Source: Balanoglossus misakiensis (taxonomy: Eukaryota > Animalia > Hemichordata). Taken from it: 64,000 bases of DNA. The stretch spans positions 11,590,415-11,654,414 of the forward strand of contig CM082582.2 of NCBI GenBank assembly GCA_040954595.2, in the 5' to 3' direction. Position 1 is the first letter of the stretch, and every line of letters begins with the position of its first letter. Below are positions 13,775 to 26,885 of this stretch, in pieces. A model generated the notes under the pieces. It made no database searches and had not been told where the DNA came from. It was given only the letters and a program-made list of their open reading frames with translations. A program made the translations under genes and the position numbers.

Positions 13775-13842
13775 TGTCCATACCTACCTACCATTTTTTT
13801 TGAAAACCATGTACTCGGAACATCAGATATTATTCTTTTGGC
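13775..13842. mobile_element. Putative terminus (TIR-like) of a non-autonomous DNA transposon abutting the satellite
   Basis: TACCTACCTACC-ATTTTTTTT-GAAAACCATGTACTCGGAACATCAGATATTATTCTTTTGGC resembles, from recall only, the GGCCAAAA...TGTTTCCG...GGTAGGTAGG termini of MITE-like elements common in marine invertebrates. The partner end is not in the window. Confidence 0.4.
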
Positions 13843-15625
13843 ATCAGGCTCCAATTTTTAGTGTTGGTAAATTCAAGTACGATACTGTCACCCACACTGA
13901 ACCAGCGGAAGTTGTGAGCAAAACAGAAACCTAATACGAACCAGGGGAATATGAGCATTGCCACTTGCATGTGATACGAAACGCTGACGCTTCCATTTAT
14001 TTATCATATCATATCATCTAATTTAAAATTTATTGAAATTGGTCGCGATGGAAATCCTTCTTGATAATGTAAATAAAATTCAAGGGGAAATAAACCGATT
14101 CCCGCGTTATCAATTTAATCGAAGAGCGATCGGTTTACCGTCACTCCAATGTGCGATGCGTGACGTTATGATGACAACGAAACTACATGCAGTCGTGTAC
14201 GGTTGGCATAGTAGTATTTCCACATGACATGATAATTTATATTTCATATTGTTCCACCTGTAGCGGGTAAAAGCTCGGCACTTGATGATAATTGCAGACA
14301 GTCAATGAAGTTAACAGTCTTAAGTTTACGAATGACATACGCGATGTAGCATGGTGTAAAATTAGAAGAAAAAACGTAAATGTATAAAATTGACCATGCG
14401 ATCGGTATGCAGGCGCAACCAATTAATTGAAAGTGCTGGTGTATGTACAATAGGGTGTGTGGGACGCACTGAAACGCTCTATTTCCGCCGTTAGAAGTGA
14501 AATTAATATACTTCTTTTTTTTAAATATTAATTTTCGCAAAGAACTGACCGAGAATTATTAAGTTTTCACCCAGATAAAGGACTGGGGATTGTCTATGTA
14601 GTTGAACTCATGGAGTGAGCCTTATGTTATTTACGAATGACAAACGCCCATGTACCCCGAATTTATAGGAATAACCGATGCCACCGTACCGAATGACGTG
14701 TGCTTTTTCTGAGATAAAGAAACACAAATTTCCACAGGATAGCACATTTCAGTATAACCTTGCTTCAGTAGTAACTCCGAAACAAAATCCGGACCGGTGA
14801 AGTGAAACGCAGACGGGTATCGAAAATAGCTCCTCACAACGATGCCGTGAGCAATGGTTAAACTATTAAAAAGGGATATACGAACAATATATATACACTC
14901 TTTTGATGCGAGATATATATACTGAAGCGTGCCGGATTTTGATTATAGCAGATCACCATCCGTATCGGCGAACCCTGACACAATCCTTGATAGAATAGTT
15001 TTGTCACATGTATTTGGGAAATCGTCTTTTAACACCGAGAGATGCCCCCCCCCCCATACCGTCGAGATCTCGATAAAAAGCGAAACATACGGGCCTTGAT
15101 CCCCAACCAGCAACAAAGTTCGCCATACATCAAATGACCCGCAGATTCACCAATCTCGCAGTCGCTTTATTCAACATTGCATGAAACGTGTTGGGTGGGA
15201 ATGATTTAAGCTTTAGATGAAACGATTTGTTTACGATCAATTATCAATAACTGTAAAATTTCTCATTTGGTAAAAAGTTCCATTCTTCTATGTGAACGAC
15301 AGGTCTTAAAATTTACTATTTGTTTACGCGCGCTTTGTGATCAGAGTCCATTCAAACATCACTTCCAAGTGAATAAGAAAATTGATTCTGTCTACTTTCC
15401 TTGATTAATATGAAATGCCTCAGCGTCACTGTCCCCAACAGTCCGCCGAGACAAATCGAGTATGATTTTCATCCGATCCGTAACATGGACGGTTTTCTTT
15501 TTCTCTCGCGATTCCATTTGAGGTCTAACTCCAATATAATCTATGCCAGTCCATGTACTTGTAGACAAGTAATAAACAATTTCAACATTCATCAAAATTC
15601 AGGTTTAATACGTTATGAAATTAAG

Positions 15626-16225
15626 TCTATTTTAACATTAGTTAGATTAATGAGTGATATTTTGCAAGCAGTCTATGTTTCTCCCAGAATTCGGTTTCAC
15701 TGTGTCAGGCTTTACTGTCTTAAAATGTATCACATCGTTCAAATGCGTTAGATTAGGTCTCCCGGAAACATTCCTCTTGCTGTGTTAAAAAGACTGCCAA
15801 TACCAGGTGTACGTTGGACGGTAAAAATATAATTCCGCAATTAAGTACATTTTACGAAATATTCTTAATTCAAAAGTGCGAGTGAGTTTTTAGCATTGAA
15901 CCATATGTGCTGGACCGATTCTATTTTAAACTTAAGTAAGATTGATTGGTGACATTTTGCAAGCCATCCAGGTTTTCTCCCGAAGTTCGGAATTCGATGT
16001 CGCTTTGTCCGGCTTATTGTCTTTGTGTGCGGAATAGACCGCGAAAAATGAAGATTGCCTGAGTAAAATTTATCCCATCGTACAAATACGTGTGATTAGT
16101 TCTCCCGGTAACATCATTCAGTGTGTTAACCGGTAAAAATAGAATTCCGCAATAAAGTACATTTAACGGAATATTCTCAATTTAAAAGTGCGAGTGAGTG
16201 TTTTTAGCACTGAACCATATTGCTG
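15626..16225. repeat. Diverged tandem duplication of a unit of about 290-300 bp (copy 1 about 15626-15912, copy 2 about 15920-16225)
   Basis: Shared collinear blocks: TTTTGCAAGC, GATTAG.TCTCCCGG.AACAT, CGGTAAAAATA.AATTCCGCAAT.AAGTACATTT.ACG.AATATTCT.AATT.AAAAGTGCGAGTGAGT, TTTTAGCA.TGAACCATAT. Confidence 0.9.
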
Positions 16226-19200
16226 CGACATGTAACATGGTGCGGAATTTAAATTCGTTGTACTTAAATCGCAGAAGAGAGAAAAGAACGTTTAATATGG
16301 TAATAAAATCAACAACATCGAAAACAAATTCTTTTTTCTATGACTACACGTGGTAAACAAGTGAATCGTTTTGATACGTTACATACAGTCAGCTGGTTCG
16401 GGCAGCGACCGAAGCTGGAATCGCAAAATGGAGCTGGGAATCGTTCGCTTTGTTGGGCGTCGTTGTGCGTTTATCATACTGAAGGAACTAAAAGACGCTG
16501 TAAGAATTTTCAAAGTGCCCAGGGGACCTCTTTGTTGAAATCGGATCGAAATTGATTGGCCAACAAAATGTGAACCCCTTCGTAATCCTGTTTGTACTGA
16601 GCGATTTAAAAAAGAGACGAACAAAAGCAGGGGTTTGTTTGTGTGTGCAATGTTTACTCAAAGTGAAAGAAAAAGTGACGAATGGCCGGCGGAACCTTTC
16701 AGGTCGTGTGTACATAGTCAGGATGGTGAATCGAGCCGCGGAGTGAGAGCAAATCAGACGCCACTATAGACGCTACTATAATCAGATTAGCAGTGTCCTC
16801 TTCGCCGGGAGTTGTAGACAGAGCGGCGAGTTCAAACGTCTCGCCGTGTCCTCAGTTGGAACCCGGTGTCGCGTTCAAGGGTCGATTTAAAGATTTCGTC
16901 GAGTGTCATGACTTCTCGGCCCAGAATTCCTTTTGAGCGTTTCGTCTTAGCAAAATTTGCGATCGCGTCATCAGTCAGCACCTAATATGTCATTCTTCAA
17001 GGAGAACGACAACGGCAAAGCCTGTGAGACAAACACTTTCACTCACGCAGACGACATTTGAAAATTTGTCAATTTGCGACTCCAGCTTGCTCCGAAGTTC
17101 CCGGATATTCGATTCCTGTGGCAGTCTTGATCTGTCAGGTAAAAAGACCCACCTAAAAGAATTGTGTTTGAAGTCAACCTTCTATTTCTAGAAGATTAAA
17201 TCACTCGGCACAAGTGAGACAATAAATGGTAAGAATGAGACGAGACAAGAAACTAATGCGTTTGAATGATTTTATTCCAATAATTTCGTTACAGAGTAAT
17301 CAATTGCAATTACATGTACTTGTTATACTCTCAAAAACACAACGAATTTCCCAGTTATCAGATTGTGTATTCAGCCTGATTTTTGGTGGCGACATGCAAC
17401 AATATCATGCAAACCTACACAAGTAGACCGCATCTTCGAATCGATGTGGGGTGGCCATTTTGGCGGGTTGTCAACATAAAATACAGTGAAGGCATGCCTT
17501 CCATAAACGTTAAATTAAAAAGAAAATATCGTACCTGACCCTATCGTTCTGATTATCAAAATTAAGCGGGCAGGTTCCCTGGTTATTTTAGATTTTTAAA
17601 TGCCAGAAGCGGTTGTATATTGCTTATTAGCATATGCCGAAATCGTTGTTGGCCGCCGTCATTGCAGACTCCAATGCTGCTCTTTGTTCGTGTACCCAAA
17701 AATACATGTATTACTAAAATATGAAAAAAAGCTGCCAAACTACAATGAAGAACATAACATCGACGGTGCCCGTCGAATGTACCGTCAAAGATCCATCATC
17801 TCGCGGCGTCTGTTTCAGCTTTGCTGTGGGGGATATTTTGACACTGAGACTTGCTGAACTGTCGGCTGGGACAAACACTGGTTTCCAATCCTTGACATTA
17901 CATGTAAAATTAAACATATGCTAGGCGAATATCCACGTTTTACGAGAATCGCTGAGTAAATTTGGCCACTAGCTAGAAATGCAATATATGAATAAATCAG
18001 CATGGCGCAGTCGTATTGATAGGTTCGCATTTCATTAAAATTTGGAAAGTAAAGTGGCTTCATAATTAAAACAAATCAAAAGGAGTTCGTTTATATTACT
18101 GTCGTGTCTTTATTTTGCCTTTCACTTGTAAAATGGCATCATATTCCAGTCAGGCAAATGTCTATACTCGGGCGTTGGCGTATAGCCACACCATCCCTTG
18201 TCCAACCGAATCTTTTGTTAGAGCTGTCCAAAGTTTACTCGAAAAGAAAACGTGTCTGAGGCCAGGCTGTACTGGCTTTGTTGCATCTGCCAGTATATTG
18301 TTTACGTTTTCCCCCAACAGGCACCCCTTTCAACGTGGCCGCCGATGTGCTATGAGTGCCCCGCTGTATATTTGTATTTACCCAGTTTTTGATGAAAAAG
18401 GTCAGCGAGTTGTACAGGTGATGGATTATGCCGGTTGTGTGAACAGCTTCTCGAGACAGGAATTCCTCGAGTCGGGTGTGCACACACAGCCAGCGCGTTT
18501 GCCGAAGCTCCGTTTACACAGTATCGCTTTTCGCGACTGCACCACCCCCACTCCTGTCCGAGTCTACGTCTCCCCCACCATGTGACCTCGGTTGCCCCGG
18601 GTCGGGTTGGTCTAAATATCAAAACTCCGCCCGGTTCAAAATAACAAGCCGAAGATTTCCAGGACAGATAGGAGAGGGGGGAGGGGGTGGATGTTATTTA
18701 GTGGCTGTGAAAGTCATTTTAGCGACAATATCTCTGCGATATTTTTCTTTGATTGTAAACTGTCGATTTGAAGTAGAGACCGAAGGTATGTTAATTCGAG
18801 GTTTTTTTTTATCAATAAGCGGTCCACTATGTTTGGCGGTACGGATGATGGATCGACGTTACCCGGGCGACAGAGAGAGTTTATTTTGTTCAGCTTAAAC
18901 TGGCTTCTGCTTCGTCTAACCCTACATGGCTCGAGCAAATAGGCCAAGACGTGAGTGTCCTACTAAATACGAGCACACACGGTGAACAGCGGGGGCAATT
19001 TCGTTGCCGGATCCTTGCACCCCAAACCGCCAAACGATACTCTCGACGCCAGCGAAGCATACACGGGACTCTCCTTGAATCAAATGCCAGAGATAAGCGA
19101 CGAAGAAATCGATTAGACTGAAAGATAAACTCACCAAATTTTCCAAACTGTTCGAGAGAAGTGTCGAAAGTGTGCGAGGCTTGAAGACGGGTCTTGTCAG

Positions 19201-22200
19201 ATATGATGGATAAACTTCGATAAAAGTAAAATGAAGTACATAGATCCTTGACCCGACACAAAATAATTTTCCCGCCAAAATGACGTCGAGTAGCTTTTCT
19301 GTGGGCATTCTGTCCATGTTTTATCACAAATTGGCTCTGAGTTATCGCCAGTACAAATAACTTGCACTAGTTGCCTATCGCCTTTTGACGTTTTGTGATA
19401 CTTTCATTCTTACACCCGTCATCGAAAATCGTCTCGATTCTTATCTCGGGATTGATTTTAAATCTATTCCGAACAGAGTCACATGAGAGACTTCGCAACA
19501 TAGGCCGTTGACCGAGGTCCGGAATTTGAACGACTTAAGATAAAAATCTAAAAATTTTCCACTCTGGTCTCAGTTGCTACCGCGTTACGTTAGAAGCACA
19601 TCGATTTTGCAGTTTATAAGGGGGCGTTCACGAGTTTTAGGCGGGAAGCCAATTTTACAGTTACGTAAAGTTTTGTTTTGAAGCGAATGCGGTCTGACCG
19701 TCAAAACAGCAACAGCAGCATCAAGTTGCAAGTGTGACGATCTATCGATAAAATGGCGTGTTTTCGTTGTAGGTGCTACTGAGGCACCACGGGAAAACTG
19801 ATGCAGAAAATATGTCTTCCCTATCTTTTCCTGAGAGATGCTATTGGAAGCGGAAACAAAGACCAAAACACTGTGTCAAGAAATGTTAACGTGTTCCTCA
19901 TTTGTTTTCGGTTTCATCATCTACAGACTATTTGTAAAAAATCAACAAAAGCGATGCATTCGCGCACACCCGAAAGGCGATTCGATTAATAAGCTGACAC
20001 GCCCATCGGTCGGCAAATTCAACGTTTGGAAATGTATAGCTCGCCGTGTTTCATAAGGCAAATAAAGACTATATGAATTGGGCGAACACGACAATTTGCT
20101 CAAATAAACGCATATTACAATCTTCCCAAACTGTGTGCTTGGGTTGTACACTAAGCCCGGTAGGTAAACCGTGAAGCGTTGACATTTAACCAGTTTTTTG
20201 TTGGTGAAAGAAAACACAGAATAACAGCCCGTATGGACCTCGAACTGAATCAATAAATTCAGCTTTTTTGCCAAAACAGTCATTGTTTGTCCCACGCTCA
20301 AAGTTTATTTAAAAATGATCTCTCTGCTTTATGCGCACATGTACTTTCCCCTTTGTAAGATTTTTTTTCATCGCAATCACTATTGTCCGTTTGTACATTT
20401 TTGTTCAAAAGTCCCAAATTGGTCTAACTCGCGGGAATGCACTGGTACGCGGACATTGTCAGTTTTGAGGAAAAACACACAGTGTAAAGTGGCGAAGGCC
20501 GACCTGGTCATAAATTGCAAGGAGCAGGCGCGTTGTTGAGATGCCTGCAGAAAAGACAAATCACGTGAAGTCGCGTTATGCGACTCGTGTGTTGGCGTTC
20601 TATTTTTGACACCGTCGACATGTTCGTAGCCCCGCTTTGTTCGCGGCGACAGTGTGACATGCGCTGGTCGCAATAAAACATACGCAAAGAAAAGTACAGC
20701 GCCAAGAGATTAAAGCCTCTAGAGCTGACAAATTTCACATATTTTTTCTACAATAAAATACTTCAAATATATATGAAAATAGTGGGCAGCTCTTGGGTCT
20801 TTGACCCAGAGATTGCTGTGGAACCCAGACTCGCCTACTGTGCATGTGCATTTTAACGCTGAATATGTCTTCTCCCGCTCCAAGCTGTACAACAAAAGCT
20901 GTAATTTTAACACTTTTGACACTTGTTTGTGCGAGTTAAAACAATCTGCCAATAGATACTATTTGTGGCAAACAAACGTTAAACAGGACAGCTGTTTCGC
21001 CGGTCAGATGCCATTCTCGAAACATTGTGTAAAGTTTGCAGGCGGGTCGAAGAAAAACCATTTAGCTGACAAACACGGCCTCAGCTACGTTAGAATGCGT
21101 GTACATGTGTTTGACTTTTTAAAATAGCAACAAATTCCACGTGGAATGGTCTTGAACAATGTGATAGACGCTAAAAACCATACGTGAACTTGCCATACGC
21201 CCCAGGCCAAGTATCACCGCTCTTTTAAAAATAGATAGGTCACGTGACGCTTTGGTCCGGTTCATGGTAATGGTGCGAAAGCTGTCAAGACCGTATGCTT
21301 TCTCTGAAATAGGTGCGAACAAACACTCATCCAGATGTTTGTAAAAACAACTATTTCGAGGTTCTTTTACGTAAAAGGCCAATCGTTGATATTTTCACAG
21401 TTTAATAGACACGCGATTCGAATTTATCGAAAAGATCCGGGTATAATAAAGGTGCCTGAAATACCATCCATCCGTTTTTAAACTTGAATATGTCTATATC
21501 AAGTAAGGACCCCCTGCACCCTTTCTACTTTTCGATAGAAACAGCCCTCACAGTTTTTAGTGTGATCTTTAACAAAAAGTTCCAACAACAGCTGCTCTTC
21601 CGAGTTCACAGTGACATGTCGTCATTACCACAAAATAATTAGCTGCGACAACTTTTCATTAGAAACTTAATGAATCTTGTTAATGGAAACGTAGCAAATA
21701 TACCCCTTCTGTTAAGATGTATTCGTTAGCATTACTAAACTTACACACCCGGCTCACAGATTTCTAGATGCATAAGGTTACTTTAACAAGGGCGCCATCA
21801 CAGGGTCAACGGAAGAATCCTTGCGGGATGACCGTTCTCTGTCCGGTATTGTCATATCATGTCATCTGCCAGGTAGCACTTAAGCCGGGATCATAAAAAA
21901 CATAAAACGAACCTTTATACATGGCTGTCGGGCACAATTTAGGGCGAGCTCATTGGTGATGTTATGTACATCTTGAAGAGATTATAACGGTATACATGTA
22001 CATAACCCACATTAACTAAACGTAAACCCATTCAACTTCGCAAGCCGAAGCAGAGTTTGTTCGGTGAGACTTACCTCCTTAAAACCATCCCTCGATGAAC
22101 GGATCCGTGGAGAGCGTTCAGGCTAGGCGATTAAGCGCCATCAAACGGTTGCAACTATGGATTGAGAGCTGGCAACAATCAAGTAATGGCGCCTGCGCGC

Positions 22201-25200
22201 AGAAACGGGTCATCAAGACGACTGCTTCCGTGGGTCAAATCTCATGAATTCGATGCCACATCGCCCCCAAGCCCAACGTTTCTGAGTCTTTCGTTTTAAC
22301 CTGGTGGCGCTGCAGCACGTTTTTAGCCAAATATTTGTCAAATAACATATACAATTCTTAATGATAATATCAATACATTCTATATGACAATGTTTCTGTC
22401 AGTTAGAAGCCGTACATTTTTTCGTCAACTCTCCTCGTGTCGATATTTTTTTTTCAGCGTTTCGGGTCGACCGACCTGCTTGGCGGGGTCAGTCGCCTTC
22501 AGTTACTTTGGAAGACGTCGGCATTTGTAAGCCTTCGTATGCTGCTCGACTCGACGAATGGAGTCAAAACGTCAGCACGCTTAAAGCTTCCGAGAAAAAC
22601 AGCTGGTCTCGAGGCTGTCATTGCGAGGTAAGACTGTAGCTCGTACACGTGGCAGATCGCACGCACTGGCAGACCATGTTACCCATTGTAGCCCACCACC
22701 GTAGTTGTTCCAGGCCCGGTACGCGGCGAGCAAGATTTGACACGTATGGACAGAGCGCCCCATTTTGGACCTTACTCGACATATATATTTAAATTTTTGG
22801 CAGCGTTTCAAAATGAATAGTGTGCGCATTTCTTAAATTATCCTCGTTGAATGATCGCTGCTATTTTTCACATAAATTGCGTAGATTTATCCCTTCTTTC
22901 GCCATGCGAAAAATATATCTTCAAAAATTGTAAACAAATCGCGATTGACGAAAAAGACTGGGCTCGGAAAGTGCATTAAATATTCTCATGTTTACAAAAG
23001 TTGTGGTATATTTTTGGCGACTTCTAATAAGGTCTACAATAATTCATTATTATTATTTATAACCTCGTATGTTCCCATGGTGATAATTTCATAATCAATT
23101 GCTAGTAAAGCAATCACTTTCAGTAGAATCAACTTATCTTTACCTTGAAATTTTGTCGTTTAAGATAAACTGTGAATTCATTTTGCATTGGGATTTTCAC
23201 CACATCTCTTGCTTATCTTCCTGTCAATTATCACCCCATGAACTTGGGTCCTAATTAAACCCGGTCTAACAGGGCACAGTGAGAAATTCCAAATCCCCCT
23301 CCATCAATTCCAATTTCATGCATCGAACCAATCAATTCTGAAACACCGCCAAGTTTTCTTGTTGGGCACTGAAAGTTTTCAGGCTCCGAATCTCACGTAC
23401 TACGTTACTGACCATAAGTATTCAGTAACTTTGCCAATCGATTCCAAGCAAATCATAACGAAAATCGTTCTCAAAAATACAATAGATTAAAAAAATACCA
23501 TCTCCATAAACTCTCTTTGTGTCGATTTTTTTCTATTCGTGAAAACTTGAGCCAACGAAGCGAAATCCCACAGACAGTATTGCTCAATTCGAATACTGAT
23601 CACGGCAGAGGATGTAGCGATGACTGACAACGCGATCCATGCAGACCTAATCACATCACAAAGCGAAAAATAGAACTAATAATACGTTCCCAATCATTTA
23701 CAACTCGGCGGGTCCGCATTCTGTTTGTTTTCACATCTATAAACCCCGCGCAACGTCAAAAATTGCAAAGGTCTGTTGCATAACAGACAACTCATGACGC
23801 TTATTTTGCTGCTGAGCTGCCGTACGATGGCTTCCGTTACAGGTAGCCGCAACGCTTATGTCCATCGCAAAGAGAGACTTTTTGAGAGTAACAGAAATAC
23901 CTAGATTACAATTAAAAGCAAACGAATCAAACTTTAGTGGTGTCAGCTTGGGCCAATCGAACTAGCAACATGTGCGAGGAAGACTTTCAGTGATAAAGTC
24001 GATCAGAAAGATATGAAGCTACAGCTAGTGAATAGGAGCAAAGTGAAATCAAAGAATGAAGACAATAATTGGTGTCGACTCAGAAAAAAAATGTCTGCTC
24101 ACGTGACCAAATCACGGCAGTTTCCAAATATTTAGATTCCGTTATGGACATAGCTGACATTTAGGACTTCCTGTAGTGCTAAAGCAGTACTGTTCACGCT
24201 ACGATAAAAACAGGGGGCTGACGATAAACTTCTCCAAAAAACTTGGCCACTATTCATAAAGCTGTTTATTGTCTAAAAGGAGAGATTTGGTTGCTCTCAA
24301 TTAAAAGAAGGAGCAACAGCGGGGAATGGCGACATCAAGTACCCGAGCTCCAGAAAAATATCGACACGAGGGTTGGAGTTTTATTCGATAATGCGGACCT
24401 CTTAATGATTTGGGGTGGGGATCTTTTAAGAGTGGGGATCTTTGGCTCTTTGGAGGCAGGCCTTCGCAACGCAGGTGGTCCGGCGGTATTGGTGGTTAGA
24501 GCAAGGCTTAATGCATCCACCCCGAGCCAACCAGGGTGTGTAAAAAAAATCTCTCCCAGTACAGATGAAGCGTATGAAAGTATAACTTCAGGCCTGCGTT
24601 TTCTCAGCACGGCCGGTCGTGCAAGGGATCTTTCCCGCCCAGACCAAGCTACCTTCTGCAGTTCAACGACAACAGCACACCGACAGACCTTCAATGAGAA
24701 ATTACGTCACTGCGCTCCTTCCATCTCTCCGTCGAATTTGGTTTCACGAACTTCTCGTTATTTAGCATTGCCATTCTCAGAGGAAAACCCACAAATCTCG
24801 TGAGTGGATGACACGCGAAGCCCGACTGATTCTTTTTGAATAAATCGCACCGTGTCCCTTCATGTATCACTGTCTCCTCGAAGGCCACATTCTGGAGTAT
24901 CTCAGATCTGAAAAATCGTCAGACTCGGATCGTTTTGGGGAATTTACAGACCCCAGAAATTGAAACGTCCGCGAAGGCTGTGACATTGAAAGATTGCTAA
25001 ATACCTCCACCAAAAAACAAGCACAGTATCACCTTTCGCACCGTCACATTCAAGTTCAAAACTCGTCCCCGCCCCACCCCTGAGAACATAATTCATTGCT
25101 CACCCATCAACCAAGACCAGCATAAATCATAATTAACAACCTACTTAATAATACGTAAATTTGGTCGTCATGGTTGCTCGCCGCTAAGCAAATAAACACG

Positions 25201-25354
25201 TGCAACCGCAGACACCGTGGTGATCATCCCTCGTGATGTTTTCGTTCGAAACTTTTTCGGAGAAAGAACACATCATATCCAACCATACTTCATAGATATG
25301 CACATATAGCGATAATTTGTTATTTGTTGTAATGATTAGTTTATCAATGAGACG

Positions 25355-25385
<31 letters not shown>

Positions 25386-25413
25386 GGAGAGAGACAGAGA
25401 GAGGAGAAGAGAG
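25355..25413. repeat. (AGAC)n microsatellite followed by an AG-rich tract
   Basis: Directly visible tetranucleotide repeat. Confidence 0.95.
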
Positions 25414-26863
25414 TAAAAAATAAATTGCGAATATGATTTTCATTAAATTAAATAGGACTAAGACCTTTGCAGTAATCATGACTCGCAAGAAATGCATTTT
25501 CCTGTATTCGCTTTTATGATCACGCGCTGTAACTAATCCAGATGTGGATGTAGATTACGCCATTTTGAATTTACCAGGCATCAGCTGTGTCTTATCGCTG
25601 CTGTCTTCCCGCGTTCTGACATTTCCCTTAACGATAAATTAAAGCACAGGAGGTAACGGTGCTTCCTTTAGAAATGCTACAGAAAGGGGAGGATGGGAAA
25701 GTCCAAACACACAAAAATCCCAAAATAAAACCCTCTACGATTGTAGTTTTAACTATTATATAGGAAATAATTCACCTCATGCCGCTGTTAACTAGTTCGA
25801 TGTTCTCTGAATCAAATCAAAATACATGTAATAGATGTTACAGAATTATCTAAGAATTACCCAAGTGGTTTTAAATGCATATACATGTATATTATGTCAA
25901 ACAACACGAAATTACAAAGACGTTTCTGACTTTTTACATTTTTGTACTGTTTCTGCCCATTCTAACTTTTCATCATCGTATCACAGATTTTTTTCTACCG
26001 CGCCTGTAATCACCTATTAGCGTTGCCATGGAGTCGAAGAATGCGGAGAATGTTTCTTTCGCTTCACGCCCTTATCCCGCATACTTTAATTAACGTTTTT
26101 AATTAATTAATGCAGTGATTGGCGATAGAGCTGGAAGGGAAATGTACCACACACATAGCACTATCGCGTCCCCCGCGGTTAACGCTACCTATCCCGGTTA
26201 AAAACAAAACACCCCAGCGCTGAATCGCTCCGATGGTGTTAAATGAAGGGTGACATTCTTAATTTTGGCAAGTTTGGATCGGGAACAACCCAACAAGTGC
26301 CCGCCCGGGGGGAGGATAATCCCGGTTTTCTCTAACCGAGTGGAAATCCTTCCATTAGGAGCCCAATAGCTGCAAGTTTTGGCATTTTATGCCACTCAGA
26401 ATGATCTCTCAAATTTTGTGCTAACACCTAGAAAGCAATGTTAAACCTGTCAAGGGTTTACATGACACTGCCATCCTTCACAGGCACGTCAAAGAACAGG
26501 CAACTATATAAGATGATCTCCACAAGTTCCCGAACACAATACTGTGACACAACTCTGCGATGAAAACACATCGGAAGAAAATGAAAATCCATCATGGCTA
26601 CTGAGCTCTTCTCAACAAAACTGTGAGAGGGAAGATGAGCGCCACTTCTTGTCGTGTCGTCACACCTTGGAAGCGACAATTTCCGCGCTCGTGATAACAC
26701 TCCATTGCCGCGGTACCCCCTCTAGACGTGACACCGGACTGTCCATAGTCTACTCAGACAGAAACAAATATATCTCTTGTTATTACCGAATTACCCCTTG
26801 CACGATGGCGGCGTGATTTAACGATAATGTACTCTAGCCTAGGGTATTATTTTATAAAATTGT

Positions 26864-26885
26864 GGGGGGGGGGGGGGGGGGGGGG
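26864..26885. repeat. Poly-G run (22 nt)
   Basis: Directly visible. Shorter G13 runs occur at 32781-32793 and 33151-33163. Confidence 0.95.
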
